Below, piece by piece: positions 1 to 11,863 of a DNA stretch of 64,000 nt. Each line of letters begins with the position of its first letter. Positions within the stretch are counted from its first letter, which is position 1. The DNA comes from Klebsormidium nitens (Eukaryota; Plantae; Klebsormidiophyceae), in contig DF237118.1 of the NCBI GenBank assembly GCA_000708835.1, forward strand, positions 62,001-126,000. The letters run 5' to 3'. The translations under genes and the position numbers were made by a program. Below the pieces are notes generated by a model. It made no database searches, was not told the DNA's origin, and saw only the letters and a program-made list of their open reading frames with translations.

Positions 1-1880
1 CTGTCGAATGCCACAGCACCTAGTTCTGGGGCGATGATATGTAAGAGCTCGAGAGAAAAATCTTGAACTTCCATGTCATCCATATCATCGCCGTAACCGC
101 CTCCAACTTCCTCCTTCTTGAGCATACCAAGATAGACGTGGAAGCGCGGACCGCTTGCTGCCTGCAAAAGAGCAAGCGCATAGAACGTGAAGACGTGGCT
201 TTCTGACTCAATGATTCTAGACAGAGGACCAAGGTCACTGCAGTGCAACTCGAGGTCGGCCGTCATGACATGTTCATGCCAAATGGATATGAGAGCAAGC
301 ACAGGGCCACTTCATGCATCTGACGACCTGTCACCCGAAACCTCAAGAGTCTCAGACTGATGATAAGAGAATGAAGCAGAAGAGCAGAACAGAATGCAGA
401 ACAGAACACCTGGATCACAATCGGCTTACACAAGAACTGAAGCAAGATTGGTACTCGTACTTACAATGGCTGCTTGAAGGACAATGTCAATTGTTCCAAT
501 GTCGGAGCCCTTGAGGGTCTGGAATGAGAGGCTCTTGGTGCAGTACTGGTGCTCCAGTGGCATCACCAGCTTTTCTGGCCCATCCGCGTCTTTGCCCCAA
601 GCTTGGATAGCATCCAAAACATTCTGAACGGCAGAGCGGTTGTCCGCTGGTGCGAGGATCTGGGCCGTGTTCTGTGCGATCAGGTTGTAGATGAGAGCCA
701 GGCGATAACCCTCGGTCACAGGGCGGATCTCGTGCTCGCAGTCAGCAAAGAAGGCGGAATAGTGAACGTTGTGCAAAGTCTCTTCGGATGAGTCAAAGAC
801 GACGTCTTTGCCGGCATGGCGAATGATGAGTTCGCCTGCATAGGGAATGCACCTGGATGTCAGAATGTGACCTGTGAATGCTGCCTTGAGTGACAGCTTA
901 GAAAGAGGTAAGGACTTTGAGACTTCATACAGTTGGAGTCAGAGCCAAACAAGACACAACATAACTGATTTGGCGTACCTGCCGAGCAGGATCTTCAAGT
1001 CAGGACGAAAGGAAGTCTATCTATGTACAGGACGGCTGGGTCTTAGTTATTGCAAGTGTATCAATAGACTGAATCTTCCTAGGCTTGTTACAGGACATCA
1101 GATGGTTGCAATATGCTCTCAGGTCATCTGTTCCTGATCCTCACCTCCAGAATGTGCTGATGGCAGCACAACCACCAGTGTTGCAAACATCCCATCGTTC
1201 TTCTCGGTATCACGGTGGGGTGTAAAGAAGCAGCCTGGCTCATACAACAGTTGTTTATAGAGCTGTGGCACCACCTTGACATGCTTAGGGAGCCCTAAAC
1301 CTTGTTTGACCGCTCCATTGGCAAGCTGCCGGATTTGCGCATCCCACTGAGGCCCGGCAAGCTTGAACTCGTCTGGAGACATTTGAAGGCATTTGCGGAT
1401 GCTGGAGTCATAAACTGTGACCTCCCTGCAAGAAAATCACATATGCAGTCTTGCCCTGAACCCTTCTTTAATAGCAAAGCCTGCAGAGATTTGCCATTTG
1501 GAGAATTGCAGCTAATACTAAGCACCTCAGGAAGAGCTTAGCATCTAGGAGCGGGCTTCATTTGTGGCTCGCTCCCTTCTGACCCTCTGGTCCGTGCGAG
1601 CCCAAGCCAAGTGCACTTGATACGTTTGTGCTGCTTTCAAGTTGTAGAGACTTGCTCACCCTCGTCCAAAAGGGGCCTGGGAACACAATCTGGCCATCAT
1701 CTCTGCCTGCTGAGGAGCAAGGGGCAGGCTGATTGGCCCAAGCTCTGGAAGCTCCAACCCTGGAGTATGGAGCATCTTGAATGACCCTGTCATTGCAAAG
1801 CTCCCAGGCCTTTCCTCACTCTGAAGCGCGGAGTACAGGTCAGCCCTGTAATCCTCCTTCACAACCTCAGGCGCAGCCAT
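1..1880 (-). CDS. 2OG-Fe(II) oxygenase superfamily protein (5' part; continues beyond position 1)
   Basis: Exons 1880-1660, 1425-1145, 835-465 and 161-<1, with GT-AG ends and matching phases. Spliced product reads APFGRG/EVTVYDSSIRK...LYKQLLYEPGCFFTPHRDTEK..GMFATLVVVLPSAHSGG/ELIIRH...FFADCEHEIRPVTEGYRLALIYNL. This gives HxD...H iron ligands and an RxS-equivalent Arg. An upstream in-frame ATG at 1928 is an alternative start. Confidence 0.88.
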
Positions 1881-2053
1881 GCTGGGATGCCGCCGCATTG
1901 CTCTTATTTGCAGCTGGGACCTCTTCATTGCAAGATGCTGATCAGGACGTTCCTGTCAATAGTTTGTAACCGCGCACCCACCCTCAACCACCATGTGGCG
2001 ACTGGGCCTCGGAAAGCTCGTTAAAACACTTGCCTTGTCCAAACTTGACTTAG

Positions 2054-2083
2054 GTACGTAGTACACAAAGTTAGGTACGGTAC
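2054..2083. promoter_or_regulatory. Cluster of four GTAC cores upstream of the oxygenase gene
   Basis: GTAC at 2054, 2061, 2075 and 2080 within 30 bp. GTAC is the SBP/SPL (CRR1, SPL7) binding core; function here is inferred. Confidence 0.3.
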
Positions 2084-3547
2084 CTACCTAAGAGTTGTTG
2101 AAGCACTGTTTTTGGTCCTGAGGCTGCAGTGCATTGGATGCAACGCACCACTCTTCCGAGTTTTCGCCAAGGGAATATCAAAAATGTGGCGGGAAAGAGA
2201 CCCAATAAGATGGTGCCAACTCAGATCCCGGCGGCCACGGAGTTCGCCAGGTATGTCACGGCCGCGTGGAGTAGGCAGTCGCGGCCGCGGCCCGGCAAGG
2301 CGACGAACCTGGCATGGCAGCCCGCGTCCGATCGATCCGGCCGCCCTAGCTTATCGGGCCATGACGAGCGGAACGTATACAACCCGATCGACGATTTGAT
2401 ATGCGAGACTCTGCTTATCAAGTCTGTATTTGACTCGCAAACCGCTTCCGTACGCATTGCCTGAGCTCATCAATGAACGAAGGGATGAAAACGTCACATG
2501 AAAGGCGTAGTTGATTACCTTGAAGCTTCAATCATGATCGCGCTTTTAGCAAGTTCGTCACTTACTGATCTCTTCCTGCCTTAAGTTCCGGCCTCTCTAA
2601 GCTGAGCACACGAGCTTCCGCACACATATTTGCTGCGCGCGTGAAGAGGCATGGCGGCCCTGATCATTCTGATGTCCACTGCTTGCAAGAGCCTGCAGAC
2701 CCCCGGCCTTCATGTCTAATGCTATATGTGTTCTGGAATCTTGCTCTACCATGATCCTCATGAGCACTTACATATGACAATGAGTACGTTCCGAAAGTTG
2801 AAACACACTTGCAGTCTTAATGCCAAAAATTTGTACGTGCAAATCATATCTACGTAGCTTACTCCACAGACATGGTTAATCAATGCATCCGAGAAACGCT
2901 ACTTCGAATTGCGGCCTTGACAGTTTGTGCATATTATGGATGATTTACTCCAGTCAATCACACGGGCCTGCTTGACAGCGTGGCCGGTACAGACGATGAC
3001 TAGCGGCAGCGCCACGAGAGCAAAGTATCACGCGCCTCACTTGTGCTCTCCCAAACGCGGTGATCGCATCAGCGAGCTTTGTAAATGTAACATCGCAAAC
3101 GGGAAGAGGTAGGTCTTCGTGGTTGATTACACTCTACCTACCTACCTGAACACCAGGATGAGACTTTGGAAGCTGCACGTTCTGGACATAGCGAGGGGTT
3201 TGCTCGTCTACAAAGAAAGGAAACCAACTCGTAGCAGTCTGTAAGAATGACGATGACGAGGCGGTGTGGAATCTACTGAAAGCGTTCGTAACGAGCGACT
3301 CGACGATAGTATTGACCTAGGCCACGACGTTCCCGTGTCTATCCTGTTTGCCAGCCCCAAAATAGCCAAGTGCAATAATATCTGCGAGCTGCGAAACAAA
3401 CGCTCTGTGTGCTGACAAGTATCTCCCGGAGCAGACAGCGTGCCAACACGACAACGCTCTTTTCTAAGCGCGAACAGCGTCTTCCTGGGAGGGCCTCCTT
3501 TAGCGGTTCAACTGGCGCAACGGTCTGAATCCGTAGGCTACTCGCAA

Positions 3548-6437
3548 TCACACCTTTATGTGGCCGCCGGCATCTTTTGGTACGTACACCTCTCTCCTCC
3601 ATTGCTCCTTCTTCTCCGTGTGAAGCTCCCAGTAGATGTCCGCAATATGGTCCGGGTCCAGCTCCCCGCTGCCTGGCTCCACCCGTCCGCACACTGTTAC
3701 CTGTGGAACCAGAACACAAATTTTTGCACGTAGCTTTCTCAAAAAGCGTTATGATTTATCAGTGGAGGCTCAAAGTCGGAACCGGGCTCCAGGGTGCCGC
3801 TTCGAGAGAGAACGACTCCGAAACAGCGTCACACCTGCCCGGAACTTAAGAAAAGAGGAAAGCCCCGAAATGATGGCGCCGGAAGGCTTGCAACCCAGAA
3901 TTGTTACAACGCCTGAAGGATGGCAGACTCAAAATTCTTACAAGTGAACGGAACATGCCTTCTGCGTCAGCTTTGCAGGAGTTGTGTGAGGAAAAGGTGT
4001 CCTGATTGCTTTCATGCATGGCCACAATCGAAGGACCCCACGGCCAGATTGCTGCGTCACACTAGAAGAACGCACACTGAACCCTTATGACGCTGCTTAG
4101 AGCCGTTGTGGGCCCTCAGTGCCACACGTTTACTTGAGTTCGACAACCACACGGTCCAAATTGCACCAAAATCTCGACGTACCGTGGCCACGTGGATGTT
4201 CTCCTCCAGCAGATCTTTGTACAGCGCAAACCCCAGGTTTCGGACGGCCGCTTTTCCCGCCGACAGGGAGCACATGATTGGCCAGAGCGGTTCGATGGCC
4301 AAGATACCCCCCGTGAGCAGGATGGTTCCCCCGCCCGCTTTCCGGAAGGCCGGCAGAACTTGCTGAACGGCTGCCAGGGCCCCAGCCGACGAAACTCTGC
4401 ACAAGGGGGGGGGGTCGAGCTTCGCATCTGCGCTTATCAGCACACAGAACGGAGAGAAGGCGATAAAGAAGGCGAGTAAGATACGAAGTTGAAAGACTTG
4501 GCCGACGTGAGACGAGAGCACATGAAAGTGGCCCGATGGGCTCTTCAGGTAAGACATGCTTTCATACACCTAACTGGAGGGTCGAGTTGCACTACCTGCT
4601 CTTGTGGCGGACCCTGAAAATAGGAAAGCAGTCTGCTTCTCCGATTGGGCGTCAATCATGAGCGCTCATCAAGCTTCGAGCAGTCTGAGAGTTTCATGAC
4701 AGGGTCGATAATAGCTGATAGACGCGATGGAGATGCTCGATAAGACAACAGTCCAGGGAAAAGATTAAAAGAAACAACGGAAGCGATAAAGAAGGACATA
4801 GGAAAAGTCAAATCGAATTCAGCCCAAGAGCAATGAACGGAAGAGGCTGGCCCCTCCTCATGTCAGAGCATAACCCAGAAGCGGGGAAGCTTTCAAGTTT
4901 TGGCGCCCAGAAGCTGTCCGCTTGGAGAAGGACTCCGGATCTATCGAGATAGCACCGCGCAACCAACCCCTCCCAGGCCAGCAGCTTATTTATCAGTTTG
5001 GCCGCTTTGGTCTATATCTAAGTCTTACGTTTGTCTTTTTCCAACTAGGGCTAGGAGATCGTCCCAACAGGGGGCTGGATCATGACACAAGAGCGCACAA
5101 CACATGTGTTGTCAACAAGGAGAGTGCTTACTACAAGAAGCTGCCTTGACCAGAGAACAAGAGTGACTGCTTTGGAAGGGCACTAGTTGCTCCACTGCCA
5201 TCTGCTTCCCTTCCAACTCCTGCATCTATCGACGCTTCTTTTTAAACCAGAGCAGTCAGTCACTTCATTTTCCTGGGAGACTTTGAGGCATCTCAACAAA
5301 GGCCAACAATCTCAACATAGGCCAGTGACAGCAAACTTTTAATCAACACGTCAGCATATGAGGGTCACCGTTCGCACCTGAAGTCTTGCACCAGAGTTTC
5401 AGGATCCAGGTCCTTTGGCAGAGCCATGGTGGTCATCCCCCCTGCCGCATTATAAACAAGCACTGTAGGCGACCCCAACTCCTCAGTCAGTTGTTCCATC
5501 GCTTGTTTCAAAGCCGCAAAATCGCCCGCATCGGCGACGTAACCTTTGGCTGTGATTCCCAGTTCCTTGAGCTTGTCACAAAGCTCTGCCAATGAGGCCT
5601 CCCGCCGTCCGAGAAGGGCCACCTGAAAACGAAAGGGGCAGGCAGTGGGTCGGTTCCTGTCTTCCATATTGAACAGAGGGGAGATTCGGCGTTTCAACTT
5701 TCCAAGAAGTCGTAGAACCTTGCATTGGAGTTTACTTGGATTAGTTGGATTAAGTTGCTGATGAGTATGCATGAGACGGCTTGCTGTAAGAGCAAAGTAT
5801 GTGAAGTTCATCCACTATTCTGGACCTTGGGGTGCCTGCCAAAGCGAATCCCCACAGTTGCAAGCATTTCAAGCTAAACCAGAGTACTCAAATCATAACT
5901 TTTGAATCCACCCGAGCAGAGTCTCCGCGGCGATCCATGTCCTCTTGTCACAGCCCCCTCCAATCAACCGGTGCCTTTGGCACATGTTACTAAGCCCCGC
6001 TTCCCCTTAAGCATAGAGAACCAGCAATACTTAAAAACAGTAGCAGGAATGATTGCCGGGGCACTGCACCTGAGGCGAATTTTATCAATTAAGAACCAGA
6101 CAAAAGCTCCCAGCAAATAAATAAGAAAGAGCCGCTTGAATTCAGCCACTCAGAAGATTCATCGACATACAAGAAATTCAGGGGCAAGCAAGGATAGAAG
6201 CAACAAGAACAGCTGATTGCAGCAAGCAAGCTCCTCACTGGTTTACAAAATACCATTCGGGACATGAGCCACCCAGAGGGCATGGCTTTGCATTTTTCTC
6301 TTTCTTCATACAATCTGAAAGTGGACAAAGCGCATGCCCACCTTGAAATTCTCCCTCCCAAATTTTCTGGCCACAGCTTGTGAAATGCCAGGCCCCGCCC
6401 CTACCACCACAACAACTCCCTCCTGGCCGCCTGCCAT
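3548..6437 (-). CDS. Short-chain dehydrogenase/reductase (classical SDR fold, atypical active site)
   Basis: Exons 6437-6342, 5622-5378, 4396-4183 and 3700-3548, phases consistent. Motifs: VVVVVGAGPGISQAVARKF (Rossmann GxGxxG), VLVYNAAG, GTILLTGG and SLSAGKAAVRNL. Confidence 0.92.
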
Positions 6438-7102
6438 TTGTAAGTCCTGTCTGAAGTTGAGTCTTCTAACCAAGATAATGAGGTGTTCCAACTCTGTCTG
6501 CTTAGTCTTCCACCCTCTGTTGGTTTGCAGAATCTGCCAGAGATCTTACAGTGGGCCTAAGTCAATGTACTTCTGACTGTCGTCCTGACTGTTGAAATCA
6601 AAGACAGAGCAAACTTTCAGGACGAAGGCGATCCAGAAAAACCCCTGTTTTGTGCCACCTCGCTGAGGTGGCGCAGAACTGAGAGCACAAAGACAGGCTG
6701 AAACAAGGTGCAAAACCTGCGGAAGAAATCTTATGAATCTGATCAAAGGTTAAAAACAAGCTCATGCACATCCCAATTGGTGTTTCCTGCAGGCTAGTGT
6801 ATTAGAAAGAGCTCAATTGGAGCTCAGCGTCAGAAAGCTCGCAATGGCATGAGCGACAGGCTGGTGAATAATGCATGATGCAATTCTCATAATTGCAGGG
6901 ACCAATCACAGCTCAGAATTACGAGTGGCGCGCTCTCTTCGATCAGTGGTGGTAGCTCAGCGTGACGTCAAACTCTTATTTTGTCAATTATCTTTTGAAA
7001 CTCCGACCTGTGAAATTTGAAGACGTGGGTACGTAAGTTTGCTAGTCTTACAATTTGCGTCACTGATGATGTCACACAGGGTTAACACTCTAACACATAC
7101 TA

Positions 7103-7186
7103 AAACCCTAAAGGTAAGCATTGAGCAAACCCTAAGGCGTTCCGCCAGAGCCCACCCGTACCCACCCTAACCCCCCGGCTAACCCC
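7103..7186 (+). promoter_or_regulatory. Two telo-boxes (AAACCCTAA) followed by a six-tract C-rich G-quadruplex/i-motif-capable run, in the divergent SDR/UFC1 promoter
   Basis: AAACCCTAA at 7103-7111 and 7127-7135. CCC tracts start at 7151, 7155, 7161, 7165, 7171 and 7183. Confidence 0.5.
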
Positions 7187-7529
7187 ACCAAGATCAGTGT
7201 TAGCCCTGTTTGTAACCTGCGATTGCCCCGAGCACCTACCGCACCCGGTTGAACCAGGCGGTACCGACCACATCTTAAAAGTCCCGTACCGTACCACTGG
7301 TATCGCTGATGTCATCGATGACGTATTTTCGAGACTAGCAAAGTTACCTAGTCTGCTGAATTTGAATGTGAATTGTGGAGAGTTGGTGGAGAGTTGGTGG
7401 GTTCAGCATTTTCCAGATCAACTTTCAGGGATCAGGAAAGTTGGTACTGACGCTGGAGCTACATACAATCTAGAAACCAGACCTGAACTTACAAGACAGC
7501 ATTCTCTCTGACGACGAAGAGAAGGAACG

Positions 7530-10500
7530 ATGGAAGGCTGGGACACGTCCACAAAAGCAGTCGTGCAAAAGATCCCCTTGCTGACGGTGAAAGCTGGTCC
7601 GAGAGACGGTGAAGATTGGAAGAAGCGCTTGAAAGAGGAGTATCAGGTTGGCGCTGCTCTACACTCTGCCACTCAGAGCAGAGGTTGCTTTCCATTACAT
7701 ATGATTTACTGCCCTGGCAGCGAGACTGGCTGGGGCAAGCTAGACAAGTGGTATTGCAGGCTCCTTTCAGTTCCATATTGATAGTGTTCAGATTGTGTGT
7801 GAGCATCTGCAGAGATGCATTTTGCTATATTCCGTGGTTTTTGTTTCTTGTATTGTTTGCATACCGGCTCTTGTTCTTCTTCTTTTCTGTTGTCGATCGT
7901 GAAGTGGTGAACCGCTTCGCCCTAATGCTAGTCCCTGTGCTGCCGAGTGATTTTTCAATCACTCGTTGAAGGGGATTATTGGCCAGATGAAAGGGTAATC
8001 ACAATACAAAACGACGCAACTTTCTCAGAGTTGCACCACTCCCAGAATGATTGATTATCATCAAAAGCTGATGAATAAGGTATGGTGGCATTTCCCGTTT
8101 GCGAGTTGCAGAATCTGCTGACACTGTCTCCGACGCCTGACCATTGACAGCGAACAACTCTAAATAAGCAGATTGTCAAACATTATTATGGCTGGCTGTG
8201 ATCATGAAGGAGATAAGCACGAGTGGCACATCTTCAAGGAGCCACGGTCTTTCAGATCTCAGTGTCAGTAGCTTTCACCTGGTTTCGTCAGACCACCGAT
8301 GGCTCCACAAAGGTCACAGTAGCTCTCTAAGAGCTGGATCTGATTGTTGTCTGAGACCCTTTTTTTCAAGCCGCCGTCATCGAGTACTGGGTTGCAGGTT
8401 GCGAGAACCTTCCACACTGGTGCCCCACTTTTCCTGATACAATTTGCGGGGTGATATTGTGACGGAGAGCTGGCTTTCACCGCTTTGGAGAACCTTCACG
8501 ACTTAGGCTGTGAAAACTCTTTACAACCTCCCCTTGACACCAATTGCCGCCCCCTTCAGCCTGGCTTCTGAACAAGCTTTTGAACACCTCGTCTTGCATT
8601 CACAAACTGGTAGCTGCCTCTATAAGATGCAAACATCACCATATTGTGCAGCCAATATGCGCACCGGCGCCTGATTGGTTTAATCATGGCCTCATCGCTG
8701 TCCCTTGCGGGCGCTGACCATCAAAGTTCAAGTCAAGATCAAAGAAAAGACTGTTCTCATATAGACGTCTTCAACCCGCTAACAGCTCTGAGTGGCAGAA
8801 GTATATTGTCAGCCGCTATGTCCCCCCTAACCTAACACTTCAACCAAGTTCTCCACTTACCCCCCCTTCACCCCTGCTAGCATTTATCCTATTTACTGCT
8901 ACAGAAGGCCAACGCTGTTTGAGGTAGTTCACGTTGTCATTTTCGACCTATCTTTACCAGGCTTGAGCCGGTTTTGGACCAGATAATCAAACCTTTCTAG
9001 GGACCAGCCCTAACCTGATGCTTAACCAGCCAACCGTCCCCTGCAGGCGCTCATCGCCTACATGCAAATGAACAAGGCCAACGACAATGACTGGTTCCGA
9101 ATCAGCGCCGCTAACCCCGAGGGCACCAAATGGAAGGGGAAATGCTGGTACATCCACAATCTGCTCAAGTACGAGTTTGACCTCCAGTTTGACATTCCCG
9201 CAACGTACCCCGCTACCGCCCCAGAGCTCGAGCTTCCAGAGCTAGACGGAAAGACCGCCAAGGTGGGGACCGTTCTGATCTCTTTTCTCGAGCCTCATTT
9301 CCAATTTACCTTTTGATTCGTTTGCTTGTCTGTGGGAAATGTTTGTCTTGCTTGTCTGTGCAATTGTTTCTTGATGTTGGACCCTGTTGGGCGCACTTGA
9401 AGCCCGAATGGTGCCTCTTACCCGTTGATAAGCTGACTTTCGTTCCCCGGAATCTGATTGTAGACCGGACTCCTGTTGACTTGAAATCGTGGATCTGCCC
9501 TTCCACGGTACAGCTGAGGCCGTTTCGTGAAGAGACCGAGTTTCGTGAGCGGAGAGCGCGATGTCGAGAATGAAGTCTCTATCAGCGCCGGTCGTGCTCT
9601 CCAACAGCTCTTTGCGTGAACCTTGGAACACTCAAGGCCTGCAGAATTGCCGTTTACATGACCTTGCAATCGCCAAGTGAACTCGATTGGTTTCTAGTTT
9701 CCCGCGAACAGCTGTACCTCTTCAATTACCTTTGCGACGATTCTATCAGTCTCTTCGAGCAAGCTCTGTGAGAATTTGAGAGCAGCCAGATCTGCAAAAT
9801 TCGGTGAGCCTTTCGTTCTGTTTGACGAGGATTAAAGTTCTGGCGGAAAAATTGTGTGTCGAGCTCTCTCAAGTGGCGCTTGACTTTATTCCCTGCAGAT
9901 GTACCGAGGAGGCAAGATTTGCCTGACCATCCACTTCAAACCGCTGTGGGCGAAGAACGTGTAAGTCACTCTGACATCTGCTGGTTTAGTTAGAATGTCA
10001 TCTCCTCATGACTTCGATTCAATTTATGATCACAAGACCGCAGCCCAATTCCTGCATTGGTTGCGGTCTAAAGGTGCGGCCGTACATCCTCGAAAAGCGT
10101 CACTGCATACATGATTGCTCCAATGAGAAGCGGAAGTTTTGATTGGAAGAGTTTCGGAACAGTTGAGAGGTCAGACGTTCTGAGAAACTCTTTTAAGTCG
10201 CTATCAGGTTCGTCGCAGTAACTAGGTTTGGGTCGTTTGTGTCTCTCTCGTCCATCGAGTCCAACCGCCGCATGCTCCAGCCTGCTTGATGTGCCTTGCT
10301 GACTGTGCACGTTACTCTCTTCCCATTGAGCTGAATGTGTTGTTGCTGTATAAGATCGTTGACACCAGAGCCATTCGTCTTTTCGTTGAAACGTCGAGGG
10401 GCAATGTTTGGTCAAGGAATATTAAGTGGGTCCAGCAGTTTGCAAGCTAAGTCTCCGTTTTGGGCATCCTCCTTGCAGGCCTCACTTCGGCGTCGCCCAT

Positions 10501-10611
10501 GCACTATGTTTAGGGATGGGGCCATGGCTGGCTGCCGAGATCCCGCATCTCGTCGAGACGGGCATGATACAGCATAAAGATAACACCGCAAAGGCAACCC
10601 CCCCCACGTGA
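7530..10611 (+). CDS. UFC1: Ubiquitin-fold modifier-conjugating enzyme 1 (UFM1 E2)
   Basis: Exons 7530-7646, 9047-9262, 9899-9960 and 10479-10611. Product MEGWD...[35 protein letters not shown]...[10 protein letters not shown]...[70 protein letters not shown], with the catalytic Cys in GGKIC. Confidence 0.98.
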
Positions 10612-11039
10612 TTGAAACCTTCCCTGTTGAGCCGCTTGAAGCAGATTGTTCTTCCTTCCAATTTGTTGTACATACACGAACGAGTTGGAACGACTTCAAT
10701 ACCTATTAGGTGCCGGGTAAACTCGGCCGGATATTGGCTCTCTAGGAGCAGCTCTCAAGCTCCCGGGCGTGCTGAGAAAGGCAAGGCGTGTTTGAGCATT
10801 CAAAGAACAGCATTGTAAGACGGTCGACAACGTCACGCAGAATCGTTGCGAAACTCATTGCAGCTCTGATGAAGGCGGCGAAGCCATATGAACCTGTCAG
10901 CTATACGGGTGTCAACCAAGACGGTATAGAATATTACTCGGAACTATCCATGGTCGGAATGCACAAGTCGGTAGACTCCGATCACAGGCTGGCCACCTTA
11001 AGATATCCAAGATCATGGCATACTAAACGTTTTAAAATT

Positions 11040-11290
11040 GATGACCCTGAATCATGCATGTCATGCAATGATCTCGGACTCATATATGTGACATGGTCAT
11101 GCGAGCCGTCTTTGTGCATGCGCACCATGCCATGATGCACATGCATGGCTGGCACAAATTTGACGGTGGCGCAGTACTTACTTATGCACATGCAGTGCAT
11201 GGCAGCCGGCCGTGCATGCATCATCAGTGGCCGGCCAGCAGCATTTGTAAAGGCAACTGGCAAATTCATGCATGTAGGCGACTCAGCAAA
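11040..11290. repeat. CATG/TGCA-dense (RY-like) tract between convergent UFC1 and eEF1B-gamma 3' ends
   Basis: About 15 CATG in about 240 bp, counted by eye, e.g. ATCATGCATGTCATGC and CATGCCATGATGCACATGCATGG. Confidence 0.6.
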
Positions 11291-11863
11291 ATCCGTGACC
11301 CAGCGGTGCACTAATAGATGCGCGTCACAGCACATGTTGCGTACCCCATGCAGTAAGGGAGTCATACCCGCAATAGCTCAGCTTGCAGTTCAGGAGTGCG
11401 AGTGCAGTGCAGCGATACACAGATGCACTCGCAGTGCTAGATCATGCAATTTACAGCGGATCTTTACAGCGGACCCATGGAATACTGTCAGTACCCACTG
11501 CAATCCTGGGATCGCAATCAAGCGCGCGCTGGCATGGCTATCGGGCCAGCATCTGACCCCAGCGGGTCTGTTGTGCACTCAAACGACGGATTCTCACTTA
11601 CATGCCACAGAGGTGCCATGACGTACCAGATTTTCCTGGAAGCACCAAGGACTCCTGTGTTCGCATCATTCAAGTGCTCGTCCTTGGTTGACAAGACAGC
11701 CTTTCTGGCTGTCAATCGAAGAGGACCAGGCAGAAAGGCAGAAACGCACGCTCGGCTACAGTGTTCCTATCGTCAAAACTCCTCCAATCGACAGCACCAT
11801 AAGCTGTCGGGCTTACTCCGTGTATTCTTCAAGACTCGCGCAGAACTCGCTGTGGCAGCCGGT

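Noticed and set aside
2129-2464. GC-rich 111-aa ORF between the oxygenase and SDR genes
   Set aside because: No recognisable motif or convincing splice partners; could be a decayed fragment but cannot be supported.
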